A DNA stretch of 64,000 nucleotides from Fistulifera solaris. Its lineage: Eukaryota. A program made the translations under genes and the position numbers. Below are positions 62,894 to 64,000 of this stretch, piece after piece. The stretch's first letter is position 1. Each line of letters starts with the position of its first letter. The stretch covers positions 806,001-870,000 of the forward strand of contig AP026129.1 of NCBI GenBank assembly GCA_030295235.1. The letters run 5' to 3'. Below the pieces are notes generated by a model. It saw only the letters and a program-made list of their open reading frames with translations, searched no databases and had not been told where the DNA came from.

Positions 62894-63917
62894 ATGGAGA
62901 AGCAAAAATCCGACAAAGCACGAACAAAGACCGGCCCTAAGCGCCCCATGAGCGCCTACAATTTCTTTTCAAAGAAGAAAAGACCAAATGGCTCAACGAA
63001 AACAAAAAAGGGGTAATGGACGACGGGCAGTCCGGAAGCCGATTCAAAGGTGCGTGCGGACGAGTTGCCGAACGCGTTTGGCTGCTCGCATGCGACTAAC
63101 TATTTCGGTTGTTACAGCTATGACAAATGCTGTCAGTAGTAAATGGAAGACATTATCGGAGGAGGAGAAAGCTCCGTTCGTGAAAATGGCCGAAGAAGCG
63201 ATGAAGGAGTACAGAAAGATAAAATCAGCATTCAGCGAGAAGACCCTCGAAGATGCAAAACTTTTGCAATCGACAAGAAAGAGGAAAGCAGAAGCTCAAC
63301 CTGGCAGCCTAGACACAGAAATTCAGCAAAGCCAAAACGCCCAACCGCAGCAAAGGTCCACGTTCTCGGCATCTCAGCACGCCACTTCCCCGTCATTGCC
63401 GCTGGGAATTTCCTCGCTGGGCCTAAACCCGGGTCTGCTACCACAGATTGAGCGTCCAGAGAGCGCCCTGCAGTTTCTTCCGTTTTTCTCCACAACGAAT
63501 CCCCAACAAAGCGATCTATTTTCTAGATTGCGGTTTAGCAACCCGCAAAGTGTAGCCATGCCTCCATTTCTTCCCGTCCCTAGCAACCATCAGCCATCTG
63601 TTGCTCCAACAATGTTACAGGTCCCAGCCAATTCTAGCCAGGCAGCCCTACTGTTACAGCTTAATGCTCTGGAACAACAAACATACAGAAGACAGCTGGT
63701 CGATAACATGCAGCTTTTACAAAATCGTCAAGAACTTGAACTTGCTAATCGATTGAGAGAGAGTAACATGTTGAGACAGCTGCTCGCAAACCGTCCTGCT
63801 GACGCGGAGCTGCTTCCTAGTGGAAGCGCCGTGAGCGTTTTGGAAGAAATCTTGAGAAATAACGCGACCAATTTGCCCAATAACTCTGATATTCCACGAA
63901 ATAGTCGACAACCCTGA
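62894..63917 (+). CDS. HMG-box DNA-binding protein with Q/P/S-rich tail
   Basis: PKRPMSAYNFF(F)KEE...F|KAMTNAVSSKWKTLSEEEKAPF..MAEE....Y. Intron 63050-63117. T-run indel near 62966. Confidence 0.88.
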
Positions 63918-64000
63918 TATTGTTGAAATAATGGATCCGCATGGGAACAATGATAAGGATAGATATCCATCATATTAGATTTCAAAGAATGTCGACGTAT

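Noticed and set aside
681..62970. Programmed ribosomal frameshifting or an alternative genetic code in host genes
   Set aside because: Shifts go in both directions, sit in generic homopolymers with no shared slippery or stop motif, and long genes such as urease are intact under the standard code.
1..64000. tRNA, rRNA or snRNA genes
   Set aside because: No cloverleaf with A/B boxes or rRNA-like segment was recognised by eye. A tRNAscan-SE/Infernal run is needed to exclude them formally.

Overview
Compact eukaryotic nuclear DNA, most likely a pennate diatom. This is inferred from short GT-AG introns of about 65-90 bp, bipartite plastid signals with AF/AW cleavage motifs, and diatom-type gene families. 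The window holds about 24 protein genes, a degenerate paralog of the dynamin, and a complete, very young Ty3/Gypsy LTR retrotransposon (1194-6199; 222-bp LTRs identical at 221/222; GGATT target duplication; non-canonical PBS). It also has a 34-bp minisatellite next to a decayed OTU-protease-like frame, and several small direct repeats and hairpins. Most genes are broken by single-base indels at homopolymers, which look like assembly errors rather than biology. The best candidates for undescribed systems are: (1) a urease + UreG + DUF1275 locus whose shared divergent promoter carries four TGACGT boxes in about 80 bp; (2) a head-to-head pair of secreted, Cys-rich, N/Q-rich, RxL-containing single-pass membrane proteins with silicanin-like architecture; (3) a ~1400-aa membrane protein with two PqiA-like modules behind a large beta-rich ectodomain. 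No tRNA, rRNA or CRISPR array was seen. All calls come from reading the sequence by eye; no database search was run.
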